A DNA stretch of 64,000 nt. It comes from Planctomycetota bacterium. Its GTDB lineage: Bacteria; Planctomycetota; UBA1135; UBA2386. The translations under genes were made by a program, and so were the position numbers. Below, one piece after another: positions 27,303 to 35,803 of this stretch. Within the stretch, counting starts at the first letter, position 1, and each line of letters begins with the position of its first letter. The DNA is taken from NCBI GenBank assembly GCA_021776805.1, contig JAJFFD010000210.1, positions 6,908 through 70,907 of the forward strand, written 5' to 3'. The notes under the pieces are model-generated. The model searched no databases and was not told the origin of the DNA. It saw only the letters and a list, made by a program, of their open reading frames with translations.

Positions 27303-28118
27303 ATGTCAGTAGAAGAGAGCAGTCGAGAGATTTCCGCCCTGATCCCGTTCGTTAGCGGCAGGGCAGTCCAGTTGGGAGCTGCGTCCGAAGACGCCATCCC
27401 CGGCAGCGAGTTGGTCGACCGGGAGTCCGGTCAGGCTCACGACAGCCTCGGCCAGTACGAAGCCGGCTCGATCGACAGCCTGCTTTCCGTGCATGGCTTC
27501 GAGCGCCTTGAAGACGGCATCAAGGCGATGCGCGAATGGCGGCGGGTGCTTCATGAGGGCGGCACCCTGGCACTCGTGCTCCGCGATCCTTCTCAAGGGC
27601 TCGGCGATGCCAGTCATGTCTACAGCCCTGCGGCGCTCAACAACCTCATCTGTACGGTGGGGGGCTTCCGTGTGGATCAGTTCATTCGTCTCGATCAGAA
27701 CAGCGGCTGGCTCTTCGTCGCCAAGCGAGACGCGATCTTGGATGTGCGCATGCCCCTGGGGATTCAGGGTCCGGTCATATCTCAAACTGTGAGCACGACG
27801 CCAGGCGCACTCGCCGAGTTGTACTTTCAGATCGGCATCCTCATGTTGCGCAGTGGCGATCCCAAGCTGGCTGAGAGCTGCTTCCGTAGCCTGATGAATC
27901 ATGAGCCGGACAACGCGCACGCGTTCTTCGGCCTCGGAATGTGTCTCGCTTCTCGACAACTCTGGCCCGAAGCTCTCACTGAGCTACAGCGGGCAGTCTC
28001 GCTGGATGCCGGCAACCAGGAGGCTCAGCGCTGGGTGGAATTGGCCAAGTCGAAGTGCGAGGCCACAGAGAGTCCGGTGAAATTGGTGAGCACCGGCCCG
28101 GCTACTTCTTCTTCTTGA
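27303..28118 (+). CDS. Methyltransferase-fold-like / TPR protein (SAM motif I degenerate)
   Basis: ATG 27303 follows AGGAGG. The middle region SIDSLLSVHGFERLEDGIKAMREWRRVLHEGGTLALVL resembles the post-I to motif III part of class I methyltransferases. The GxGxG position, however, reads LGAAS. The C-terminus carries TPR-like helices (AELYFQIGILMLRSGDPKLAESCFRSLMNHEPDNAHAFFGLGMC). Confidence 0.5.
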   Translation: MSVEESSREISALIPFVSGRAVQLGAASEDAIPGSELVDRESGQAHDSLGQYEAGSIDSLLSVHGFERLEDGIKAMREWRRVLHEGGTLALVLRDPSQGLGDASHVYSPAALNNLICTVGGFRVDQFIRLDQNSGWLFVAKRDAILDVRMPLGIQGPVISQTVSTTPGALAELYFQIGILMLRSGDPKLAESCFRSLMNHEPDNAHAFFGLGMCLASRQLWPEALTELQRAVSLDAGNQEAQRWVELAKSKCEATESPVKLVSTGPATSSS

Positions 28119-30189
28119 ATAGCTTCTCGAGAAGTCTGTCGACACCCTTCTGAGCCTCTCGCCGGAGAGAATTCTCAGCAGCCTTGGTCAGGATCTCTTC
28201 CAGGTCAGGCATTAGGAGAATCGGTGCCTCGAGGCTGCCGCTCAAACGCGCCTCGAGGATGTTCTCGCCCAGGTACCTACGTACCCTTTCCCCGTCGCGA
28301 TGTCCCTTGAGCAGGTCGCTGCAATCGATGCGGTAGTCGATGCTGCCATCGAGACCGGTGCTGCCTGCAAAGGTGAACTCCCGCCCAGCGCTACTCAGTT
28401 CCAGCAGGCTGGTTTCGATGGAGCCACGATCCAGGACAAAGCTGCTGGATAGATCCTTCAGGTCGACGGTCTGCCTGCGTCCGGCGAGGACAAAGAGTCT
28501 GCTGAGTTCATCCGTGGGGACGAATTGGCCGCCGCGCATCATGAGATTGCCGCGCCCGGTCAATGCGCTCAGCCGGGTGGCCAGATTCGTGCGCTTGTCC
28601 GGGTCGATCATGCCGGCGAGCTCGAAGCTGAGATCGACCTCACTAGTAAAACGCAGAGCTCCCCCGGATCGAGCGCTGGCCATGAAGGGAACCAGGTAGC
28701 TCAGTGGCCGCATGTCCTTGGCGCTGGCCGTAGCGCCCTCGAGGTCGACTCTCATCTCGAGGGGGATACCGTTCGCCTGGCTCAGGCCAGCGAGCACATT
28801 CATCGCGACGGCGCCACCGTTCAATTTGCCTTCGCTCAGGTCGATGGCCAGCGAGCCATCATTGAGCAGAATGCTGCCGCGGCAGTCTTCGAGGGCATGG
28901 CCTTCGAAGCGCATGCGCTCGATGGAGAACTTCGAATCGAGGGCCTGATTCTGTAAACCAAGAGAACCGGTGAACTGTCCGCGACTCTCACGCAATCCGG
29001 TGAGACCGTCGATCCCCAGGTCTGGCAGCCCTTCCAGGTCCAGTTTGAATGCCACCGTCCCATAGGATTCTGCGCTTGGAGCTCCCTCCAGCTGAAGGAA
29101 TCCGAAGTCGGCTTCGAGATCGCTTACATCGACGGAATCGAGGGACCAGCCTTCGCCCAGACTGAGGGCGATATTCGGTCGTAGACTCCAGCGCTCTTCT
29201 GCGATCTTGGCACCGCCAAAGAAGTCTCCCCCGAAGCGCGGGCCCTCGACTTCGAGCAGGCCTTCTATCTCGAGGCGATGCTCTGGTTCGAAAGTCAGTT
29301 TGCAGTCGCCGCGCAGTTGACCTGAGAGATCGGTAATCTGGCCAGGAGGAAGCAGGGCTGTGATGATTGGGCGGTACCGATCCAACTCGATACCGAGGCA
29401 ATGCAGTTCGAGATCGATAGGATCCTCTGCCTTGGGACCCGCGTCGATGCGGAGATCGATCCTTCCCGGTCGATCAGGTCTGCTGGGTCGGTGAAAGTCC
29501 GCAGCGCATTCCAATCTCAGACTGGATGCTCCGAAGCTCTTGCTGAGCCGGATATTGATCCCTTGGACCTGTTCCAGAAGACCGAGATCCTCGTGCAAGA
29601 AGGATAGAGAGGAGTCGCGTATCTCCAGGTCCAGGCGAATGTCCTCGAGCTCTTCGATGGCCGGGAATTGGTCGCGCCATCGACGGCGACCAGAGAAAGA
29701 CCGCTGGCTCTGCCGGATGTTGATCTCGGGCCCGTCGATCTCGCCCACGACTTCTTCGAGATTCGAGTCGCCATTAGCAGATTGCACGACTTGGAGGTTC
29801 AGTCCGGAGAGGCTCGCCTGCAAATCAATCCGACCACGAATGAGCTGGGGGAGGCTGAGATCGCAGTCCAGTCGATCGATGCGCAAAGCCTCGGGCTGTC
29901 CAGAAATCCGTCGGTAGCCCGGGGGGTTTGCCAGGACCAGACCCTCGAGACTGAGGCCGCTGAACCAGCTTAGGCTGTAGCTGGCGACCTCAACTTCAGA
30001 GCCCAGTCGTTTGGAAAGTTGGGCCACCAGCTTGTCCCGCACATAGTCCGTGGTGAGCAGATAAGGCAGGCAGATCAGGCCTGCGGCCATGAGAAAAGCC
30101 AGACTGCCACTGATTCGGAGTACCCGGAACAGGCGAGAACGCCGGCGCTTTGTTGGGGTCGACGGCAGCTCTGGGAGCATTTCAGGCAA
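28102..30189 (-). CDS. AsmA/TamB-like envelope protein
   Basis: 695 aa. It has a basic N-terminus plus a TM anchor (ISGSLAFLMAAGLICLPYLL), then a long beta-rich region with AsmA-like N-terminal (VRDKLVAQLSKRLGSEVEVASYSLSWFSGLSLEGLVLANPPG) and C-terminal segments. Confidence 0.65.
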   Translation of the reverse strand: MPEMLPELPSTPTKRRRSRLFRVLRISGSLAFLMAAGLICLPYLLTTDYVRDKLVAQLSKRLGSEVEVASYSLSWFSGLSLEGLVLANPPGYRRISGQPEALRIDRLDCDLSLPQLIRGRIDLQASLSGLNLQVVQSANGDSNLEEVVGEIDGPEINIRQSQRSFSGRRRWRDQFPAIEELEDIRLDLEIRDSSLSFLHEDLGLLEQVQGINIRLSKSFGASSLRLECAADFHRPSRPDRPGRIDLRIDAGPKAEDPIDLELHCLGIELDRYRPIITALLPPGQITDLSGQLRGDCKLTFEPEHRLEIEGLLEVEGPRFGGDFFGGAKIAEERWSLRPNIALSLGEGWSLDSVDVSDLEADFGFLQLEGAPSAESYGTVAFKLDLEGLPDLGIDGLTGLRESRGQFTGSLGLQNQALDSKFSIERMRFEGHALEDCRGSILLNDGSLAIDLSEGKLNGGAVAMNVLAGLSQANGIPLEMRVDLEGATASAKDMRPLSYLVPFMASARSGGALRFTSEVDLSFELAGMIDPDKRTNLATRLSALTGRGNLMMRGGQFVPTDELSRLFVLAGRRQTVDLKDLSSSFVLDRGSIETSLLELSSAGREFTFAGSTGLDGSIDYRIDCSDLLKGHRDGERVRRYLGENILEARLSGSLEAPILLMPDLEEILTKAAENSLRREAQKGVDRLLEKLFKKKK

Positions 30190-30227
30190 GGCGGACAGGG
30201 GAAGAATCCGAAGAGGAGAATCAGTCT

Positions 30228-31016
30228 ATGAGCAGCGGATCTGAGCAGTACAGGCCTGGTGTAATCGAGCGACTGGATCTGGCTCTAGCTACCAGGTTCA
30301 GCGCTGCTCTCGGTCCCTCGAGCGAGCAGCGTATCGTAGACATCCAGTCCAGCGAACTGTCACTCAGCGAAGATGCCCGCTGCGAGTGGATCTCCGGCAT
30401 TCTGACAGTCCGCAACTATCGCGTTGCCAGTGAAGACGTCAGGGTAATCCTGGATGGGGGCGCAACCCGCTTCCGCAAGGAACACCAGGAGTTCGGCCTG
30501 GTCCATGGCCTGAACCGTGTTCTGGAGCTCCTTGAAGTGCAGGCGGGCGACGGTAAGTGGCCGAGTGGCAGGCGCCTGGTTGAGCTCTTCTCAGTTCTCA
30601 CCGATGGCATTGCTCGCTTTCGCAACAATCTGATCCGTAAGGATCAGCCCTGGGACAGCCTGCTCTATCTGGGCTATCCGCGGTCGCGTGACCTGCAAGA
30701 AATCCTCGATAGCTTCACCCAGAAGAATAGATACCGGGACATTCAGGCCATCTACGACCAGCTCCATCCGGTTCGCCAGGCCTGTCGGGTGCTCTGGCGC
30801 TATGCGCGGATCTCGCCGCATCCGGACCTGAATCTGATCATGGCCATGGTCGCCTTCAATGCCTGCCTACGCGCTGCGGGCTATCCGCTTCTGATCCCAG
30901 GACCGGAAGACCGAACGCGTCTGCTGAGACTCATCCCAGGGCCACCGCCAAGGCGGATCGTCCACTTCGAACTGCGCCTCTTGGAGCAGATCGAGTCGAT
31001 CTCCGTTCCTGACTGA
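30228..31016 (+). CDS. Fic-fold-like protein with degenerate active-site motif
   Basis: ATG 30228 follows GAGGAG. ISPHPDLNLIMAMVAFNACLRAAGYPLL aligns to the Fic core IHPFxDGNGRxxRLLxNxxLxxxGYP, but the catalytic His and the GNGR residues are replaced. Confidence 0.4.
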   Translation: MSSGSEQYRPGVIERLDLALATRFSAALGPSSEQRIVDIQSSELSLSEDARCEWISGILTVRNYRVASEDVRVILDGGATRFRKEHQEFGLVHGLNRVLELLEVQAGDGKWPSGRRLVELFSVLTDGIARFRNNLIRKDQPWDSLLYLGYPRSRDLQEILDSFTQKNRYRDIQAIYDQLHPVRQACRVLWRYARISPHPDLNLIMAMVAFNACLRAAGYPLLIPGPEDRTRLLRLIPGPPPRRIVHFELRLLEQIESISVPD

Positions 31017-31025
31017 GGGCGCTCC

Positions 31026-31772
31026 TCAGCGTAGGGAGAGGCCTTGCAGGTGGGCCAGGGGATAGGATTCGCCCCCCGCCAGGCGAATGTGTTCGAAGTC
31101 CAGAGCCTCGACCTTGCCGCTGGCGTCGATCTGGTCGCCGCGCAATCGGACGCTCCTGCCCAAGCATCCAAGGCGATCACAGAAGAGAGCAACGAGTTCA
31201 TCGCTTGTGCCTTCGGCCAGAGAACGCAGCGCGCCGTCGACGGCGGATGCGATGGCCAAGAGAACTTCGCTCCTGTCGAATTCTTCACCAGTTGCGAGCG
31301 CGAGGGAGCTGGCGCTCTCCTGCAGTTCCGCCGGGAAGTTGCTGCGATTGACATTGACCCCGATGCCGATCAGGAGTCTCTGCCTTGGTTGGCTGCTGGC
31401 GTCGATCAGGATCCCGCAAATCTTGCGCCCCTTGAATTGCAGGTCGTTGGGCCACTTGAGGCCTAGGCGCAGGCTCGAGCAGCCTTCGAGAGCCGCGAGG
31501 ATGGCGGTTGGTAGCGCAGCAGCGAGTTGACCCTGCTGGTCGATCTCCTCCTCGATGCGCAGGGTGATGGCGAGATCCTTGCCCGGTCGAGTGTCCCAGG
31601 ACCTGCCCTGCCGCCCGCGTCCGGATGTCTGTTCTTCGCTCCAGACGATGAGGTTTCCACTGGGCTCGCTTTCGGCCCCTAGATCTTGAGTGGATCCACA
31701 GCTCCGCACACATATGAGTCGCTCGAATCGGGTGGCATCCCGCAAGAGGCTTTCGAGTTGCGCAGGGTTCAT
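31026..31772 (-). CDS. birA: Biotin--[acetyl-CoA-carboxylase] ligase (class I, no HTH domain)
   Basis: 248 aa from ATG 31772. It carries CGSTQD...VWSEEQTSGRGRQGRSWDTRPGKDLAITL (the GRGRxGRxW biotin-ligase motif) and KWPNDL. The upstream ORF extension lacks any recognisable domain. Confidence 0.85.
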   Translation of the reverse strand: MNPAQLESLLRDATRFERLICVRSCGSTQDLGAESEPSGNLIVWSEEQTSGRGRQGRSWDTRPGKDLAITLRIEEEIDQQGQLAAALPTAILAALEGCSSLRLGLKWPNDLQFKGRKICGILIDASSQPRQRLLIGIGVNVNRSNFPAELQESASSLALATGEEFDRSEVLLAIASAVDGALRSLAEGTSDELVALFCDRLGCLGRSVRLRGDQIDASGKVEALDFEHIRLAGGESYPLAHLQGLSLR

Positions 31773-31836
31773 GGTGCCGGAGGAACTGAAGTCGGATGCC
31801 GCATGCGGCCGATAACTGTCGTGCAGGTATACGCCG

Positions 31837-34341
31837 ATGGCATCGGCGTTAAGCAAAGGAACAATCTTGAGTCGAGAGGATCTAGCGATCCTGCCCAGTG
31901 GATTTGCGGGCAGGCTGCGTGGATGGCATGAGCTGAAGCCGCCAGAAGGGCCGGTCCTCGCTCTGCCCGAAGATGCTATAGACGATGGCGGTTTCCTGCG
32001 GCTGCCAGAAGGACAATATTCGAGCATCCGGGTGCGTGGTCTGCTCGAGCGCTACGGCAACTTCGAGCGCTTCCTGAAGAGCATCGAAGCAAGCCTGGCC
32101 GTCGGTGGTGAATTGTTGCTCGACCTCGCCAACGCCCAATCCCCCGAGGCGCTGCGCCTGCTCCTCAGTGGTCGCAGCGGACAGAACGATCCGGCGGGCT
32201 CGATCAATGAGCCGGAGACAGCTCTGCTGCGAGGGCGTTTGGTTTCCGCTGCACTGGCCTCAGGTCTCTGCGTGGAAGACATCTTCGCGCTGCCTTCCGG
32301 ATCCAGCCTTCCCGATGACCTGGCATCTTCCTTGATCAGTCGGGGGATGATGGCTCTCAGTTTCATGGGGCGGAAACCCGCCGAGCGCTTTTGGTTGCGC
32401 TGCCGGAAACTGCCGATGATGGCAGGTTCGGTGCTCATCGGTCCCGGTTCAGAGCTCGAACAGGAGCAGACGCATGCCTCTCTGCGCAGCTTTCTGCCGC
32501 AGGATTGGGAAGTCCGTGCTTGCCAGCCAATGCGGGAGGAGATCGCCTTCAACCGAGAGATCGCAGCATCCAAGGGGCAGGCGATTCTCCTCTTACGCTC
32601 TGGGAGTCGCATGGATGCCGTGCAGTTCCAGGCGCTGCTTGGGGCGGTCGTAATCGCGCCAGCCATGCCGACCGTGCAGGCAGGAGAGGAGGGTCTATCG
32701 GACCCGAGCGGCTTGATGATGACGCGAGAGCAAGTGCTGCGCGTTGGTCCAATGAGCGAGACTTGGTGCTCAGCAAGCCTGAGTTACGAAGACTGGTTCT
32801 TGCGCATGAATGCGGAGCTGATGCGCCCGCAGCGCATCGCCGGGAGCTTTTCGACTCCGCCTTTGAGTTTGGAGGTCGGAATTGACCCTGGGCAACTTCA
32901 TGTGGAAACCGAGCGGCTCATCGAGACTTGGCAGGCCGAAGCCATGGTCAGCGACGCCCCTGATAGCCAGGCAGAAGCAGTTCCGAGCCCCCCATGGGCT
33001 GGCAGGGAGCCGCGCATCAGCCTGTGCATGATCACTCGGGACGAAGAAGACTTTTTGCCTGGCTGCCTGGAAAGGGCTGCTGGTGCTGTCGACGAGATCA
33101 TCATTGTCGACACAGGTTCCAAGGATCGCACGGTTGCGATCGCGGAGTCATTTGGCGCGAAGCTGATCCATCGCCAGTGGGAAGATGATTTTTCAGGCCC
33201 CAGGAATGCGGGCATCGCCGCGGCCACGGGCGATTGGATCCTCGTACTCGATGCCGATGAGCATCTGGATGCGGACTCGATCCAGGAACTTCACGATTGC
33301 GTGCGGGACGCCGCTGTCTCTGGATACCACCTGACTATCGAGAATCAGTTCGCCGCAGGTAAGAGCCAAGGAGTGCTACTGATTCGCCTCTTCCGCAACT
33401 TGCCTGGGCTGCGCTACCTCAATCGCATGCATGAGCAGATCGCGCCGTCTCTGCTCGAAGTTGGGCGTGAGCAGGGTTTGAAGCTCGCACTATCGAAGAT
33501 CAAGCTACTTCATCTGGGCTACGAGGACGAGGTAGTTGATGCTCGCCAAAAGAACGAGCGCAACGAGCGGCTCTTCAAGTTGCAGCTGCAGGATGATCCG
33601 GAGGATCCGTACAGCCTGTACAAGTACGGCGACTTCCTGAGACGCATTCCCGGGCGTGCAGCCGAGTCGATTGAAGTTCTCGACAAGACTTTTGATTTGA
33701 TCGTCGAGCGAACGCCGGGCTGCCCGCGTGGTCTTCCCTTTGCCAGCGAAGTGGCTGCTCTCTGTGCCCTCGAGCGTGCGAAGGCCGGAGACTACGAGCG
33801 CGCTCAGAGAGTCCTCGACCTGGCTTTGCAGCGCTTTGTTCCGACGCCGAATCTGCACTATGTGGCCGCAGGTATCGCCCTGCGGCGTGATGAGCCAGAC
33901 CAGGCCATAGAGCACTATCGCCGCTGCCTGCAATTCCACGATCAGGTTCTGGTGGTGCCAATTCAGGACGGAGTGACCAGTTACGTGTCACTCACGGGCA
34001 TTGCCATGGCCCTGCTCCGCAAGGGCGATGTAGTCGCTGCAAAGCGCATGCTCGAGCAATCCTACGCCTTGAATCAGGATCACGAGGTCACGAGCCTCGC
34101 GCTCTCACGAGTGGCCCTCGAGGAAAGAGACTCACAGCGGGCCCTGCGGTACCTGACAGATCATCTCAGTCAGAACCCCGAGGCTGTCGGCGCCTGTCAG
34201 CAGGCCACCATGATCCTGGCGAGCATGGGGCAGGTCGAGAAGGCGAGAGAATTAGGCGAGCGCGCGATTGTGTTGCTCGAGAGGAACGCTTCGTCAAGCG
34301 AGGCGAAGCGAATGAAGGAGTCACTGGCAGCCCTCTGTTGA
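31837..34341 (+). CDS. Multidomain glycosyltransferase family 2 protein with methyltransferase-like N-terminus and C-terminal TPR repeats
   Basis: 834 aa. The GT-A core reads ISLCMITRDEEDFLPGCLERAAGAVDEIIIVDTGSKDRTVAIAESFGAKLIHRQWEDDFSGPRNAGIAAATGDWILVLDADE (DxD = DAD). TPR-like repeats follow from about aa 560 onward. Confidence 0.8.
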   Translation: MASALSKGTILSREDLAILPSGFAGRLRGWHELKPPEGPVLALPEDAIDDGGFLRLPEGQYSSIRVRGLLERYGNFERFLKSIEASLAVGGELLLDLANAQSPEALRLLLSGRSGQNDPAGSINEPETALLRGRLVSAALASGLCVEDIFALPSGSSLPDDLASSLISRGMMALSFMGRKPAERFWLRCRKLPMMAGSVLIGPGSELEQEQTHASLRSFLPQDWEVRACQPMREEIAFNREIAASKGQAILLLRSGSRMDAVQFQALLGAVVIAPAMPTVQAGEEGLSDPSGLMMTREQVLRVGPMSETWCSASLSYEDWFLRMNAELMRPQRIAGSFSTPPLSLEVGIDPGQLHVETERLIETWQAEAMVSDAPDSQAEAVPSPPWAGREPRISLCMITRDEEDFLPGCLERAAGAVDEIIIVDTGSKDRTVAIAESFGAKLIHRQWEDDFSGPRNAGIAAATGDWILVLDADEHLDADSIQELHDCVRDAAVSGYHLTIENQFAAGKSQGVLLIRLFRNLPGLRYLNRMHEQIAPSLLEVGREQGLKLALSKIKLLHLGYEDEVVDARQKNERNERLFKLQLQDDPEDPYSLYKYGDFLRRIPGRAAESIEVLDKTFDLIVERTPGCPRGLPFASEVAALCALERAKAGDYERAQRVLDLALQRFVPTPNLHYVAAGIALRRDEPDQAIEHYRRCLQFHDQVLVVPIQDGVTSYVSLTGIAMALLRKGDVVAAKRMLEQSYALNQDHEVTSLALSRVALEERDSQRALRYLTDHLSQNPEAVGACQQATMILASMGQVEKARELGERAIVLLERNASSSEAKRMKESLAALC

Positions 34342-34369
34342 GGGCGAATGGAGTTCAAAGGAGAAGCAG

Positions 34370-35014
34370 ATGCAGACGATCCCCAACAACCCGAACGTGG
34401 TTACCCAGAATCCCGGTCAAGCCGAGACTTCGACCACTTCTACCGTTAGCAATGACGGCTTCGCAAAGATCCCGACCCGGATCAAGGACCTGGCACCGCT
34501 CGTGGTGGAAGATACTTCCTCCGAGCTGCGCACGCAGATTGTCGATGGCCTGCAGGAGCTGAATACGCACATTGCAGTTGTCCACCGGAACGCTGCAGAG
34601 GCATACATCAGCCAGAACCTCTATGAGAGTGCCCTCCCGCACCTGGAAGCGGCTGCTACCTTCTCACCGGAGGTCATGGAGTTTCGCAATCAGCTCGGCT
34701 TCGTCCAGTTCATCAATGGGCAGGATGACGCGGCGATACAGTCCTTTCAGGTCGTGCTCGCACAGAACCCGCAGCAGCCGGACGCTCTCTTCAACCTGGG
34801 CATGGTCCTCTTCGGCAAGAGCGAGTTCGTGCAGGCCGAGGAGTGCTTTCGTCGTAGTTTGGAGATTGATCCCAACGATGCCGAGACCTGGAACAACAGA
34901 GGCGCCTGCCTCTTCCAGTCCGGTCGGGGTGCAGATGCAGAAGTCTGCTTCCGTCGGGCACTGGAGATCGATCCGAACAACGAAGACGCGAAGATCAACC
35001 TGGCGAGCGTCTAG
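34370..35014 (+). CDS. TPR repeat protein
   Basis: 214 aa with a strong RBS (AAAGGAG). It has three or four canonical TPRs, e.g. AEAYISQNLYESALPHLEAAATFSP, ALFNLGMVLFGKSEFVQAEECFRRSLEIDPND and AETWNNRGACLFQSGRGADAEVCFRRALEIDPNN. Confidence 0.75.
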   Translation: MQTIPNNPNVVTQNPGQAETSTTSTVSNDGFAKIPTRIKDLAPLVVEDTSSELRTQIVDGLQELNTHIAVVHRNAAEAYISQNLYESALPHLEAAATFSPEVMEFRNQLGFVQFINGQDDAAIQSFQVVLAQNPQQPDALFNLGMVLFGKSEFVQAEECFRRSLEIDPNDAETWNNRGACLFQSGRGADAEVCFRRALEIDPNNEDAKINLASV

Positions 35015-35076
35015 CTTCCGGGTTGTCGCAGGGATCACCTTGGAGTGCAGAGCGTGGCTCGAGGCCACGTTCTGCC

Positions 35077-35409
35077 TCAGACTTCGCTGCGTAGGTTCTG
35101 GCCGGCGCCCTCTGGTTGCCGGGCAAAGCGCTTGAGGTCCTGACGCCCCCGCCGGACCTTGCCTAGTTCGTTGCGCGCAGAATCCATGGCCGCGGCCATG
35201 GCGCTGCGTAGACGTCCGTGGCTCGCCTTGACGCGCTGGATGGCTGGCGCAGTTCCGGGCTGTCGATTACGCAGTCCTGCGAGAATCGACTCCGCCTGCT
35301 CCATCAACTTGTCCAGTTGACCGAGTTCTTCGCTACTTAGCGCCTGATAGCCACGATCGTAGACCCTGGTCAGTTCATCCAGAAGAAGATCAGTTGGGGA
35401 TGACTGCAT
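35077..35409 (-). CDS. Small helical protein, possible flagellar export chaperone (FliT/FlgN-like by position)
   Basis: 110 aa, predicted all-helical. It overlaps the 3' end of fliS by 20 nt and is the last gene of the flagellin-fliD-fliS string. No diagnostic motif was recognised. Confidence 0.35.
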   Translation of the reverse strand: MQSSPTDLLLDELTRVYDRGYQALSSEELGQLDKLMEQAESILAGLRNRQPGTAPAIQRVKASHGRLRSAMAAAMDSARNELGKVRRGRQDLKRFARQPEGAGQNLRSEV

Positions 35410-35770
35410 CCCAACCTTCCTTCAGAGTGCGCATTACTTGCAGAGTGTTCTCTACAGGCTTGGCAGTGCGGCTGATGTTGGCCTGTGAGACCTGATCCAT
35501 GCTGAACTCGTAGAGGGAGCCCAGGTTCTCCGCGATGTCACCGCCGCGTTCCATGTCGAGGGCGGTCTTCAGTTCGCCGATGATGCTGAGTGCCTTGCCC
35601 AGACATTCGCCGACTTCGGCGCTGTGCGTGCGCGCGGGATCGGAGAGGGCCATGCGGCTGATTTCAAGATTGCGAATCGCGGCATCGTAAAGCATCTTGA
35701 CCAGCTTCTCCGGAGAAGCGGTGAGGATTGAATTGCGGCGATAGGCTTCGGCAGCATTTGAGTGGCTCAT
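35390..35770 (-). CDS. fliS: Flagellin-specific chaperone FliS
   Basis: 126 aa. AYRRNSILTASPEKLVKMLYDAAIRNLE...LGKALSIIGELKTALDMERGGDIAENLGSLYEFS is a typical FliS sequence. Confidence 0.9.
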   Translation of the reverse strand: MSHSNAAEAYRRNSILTASPEKLVKMLYDAAIRNLEISRMALSDPARTHSAEVGECLGKALSIIGELKTALDMERGGDIAENLGSLYEFSMDQVSQANISRTAKPVENTLQVMRTLKEGWDAVIPN

Positions 35771-35803
35771 TCTGGGGACTCCGTATTCAGGGATAGATAA
35801 ACT

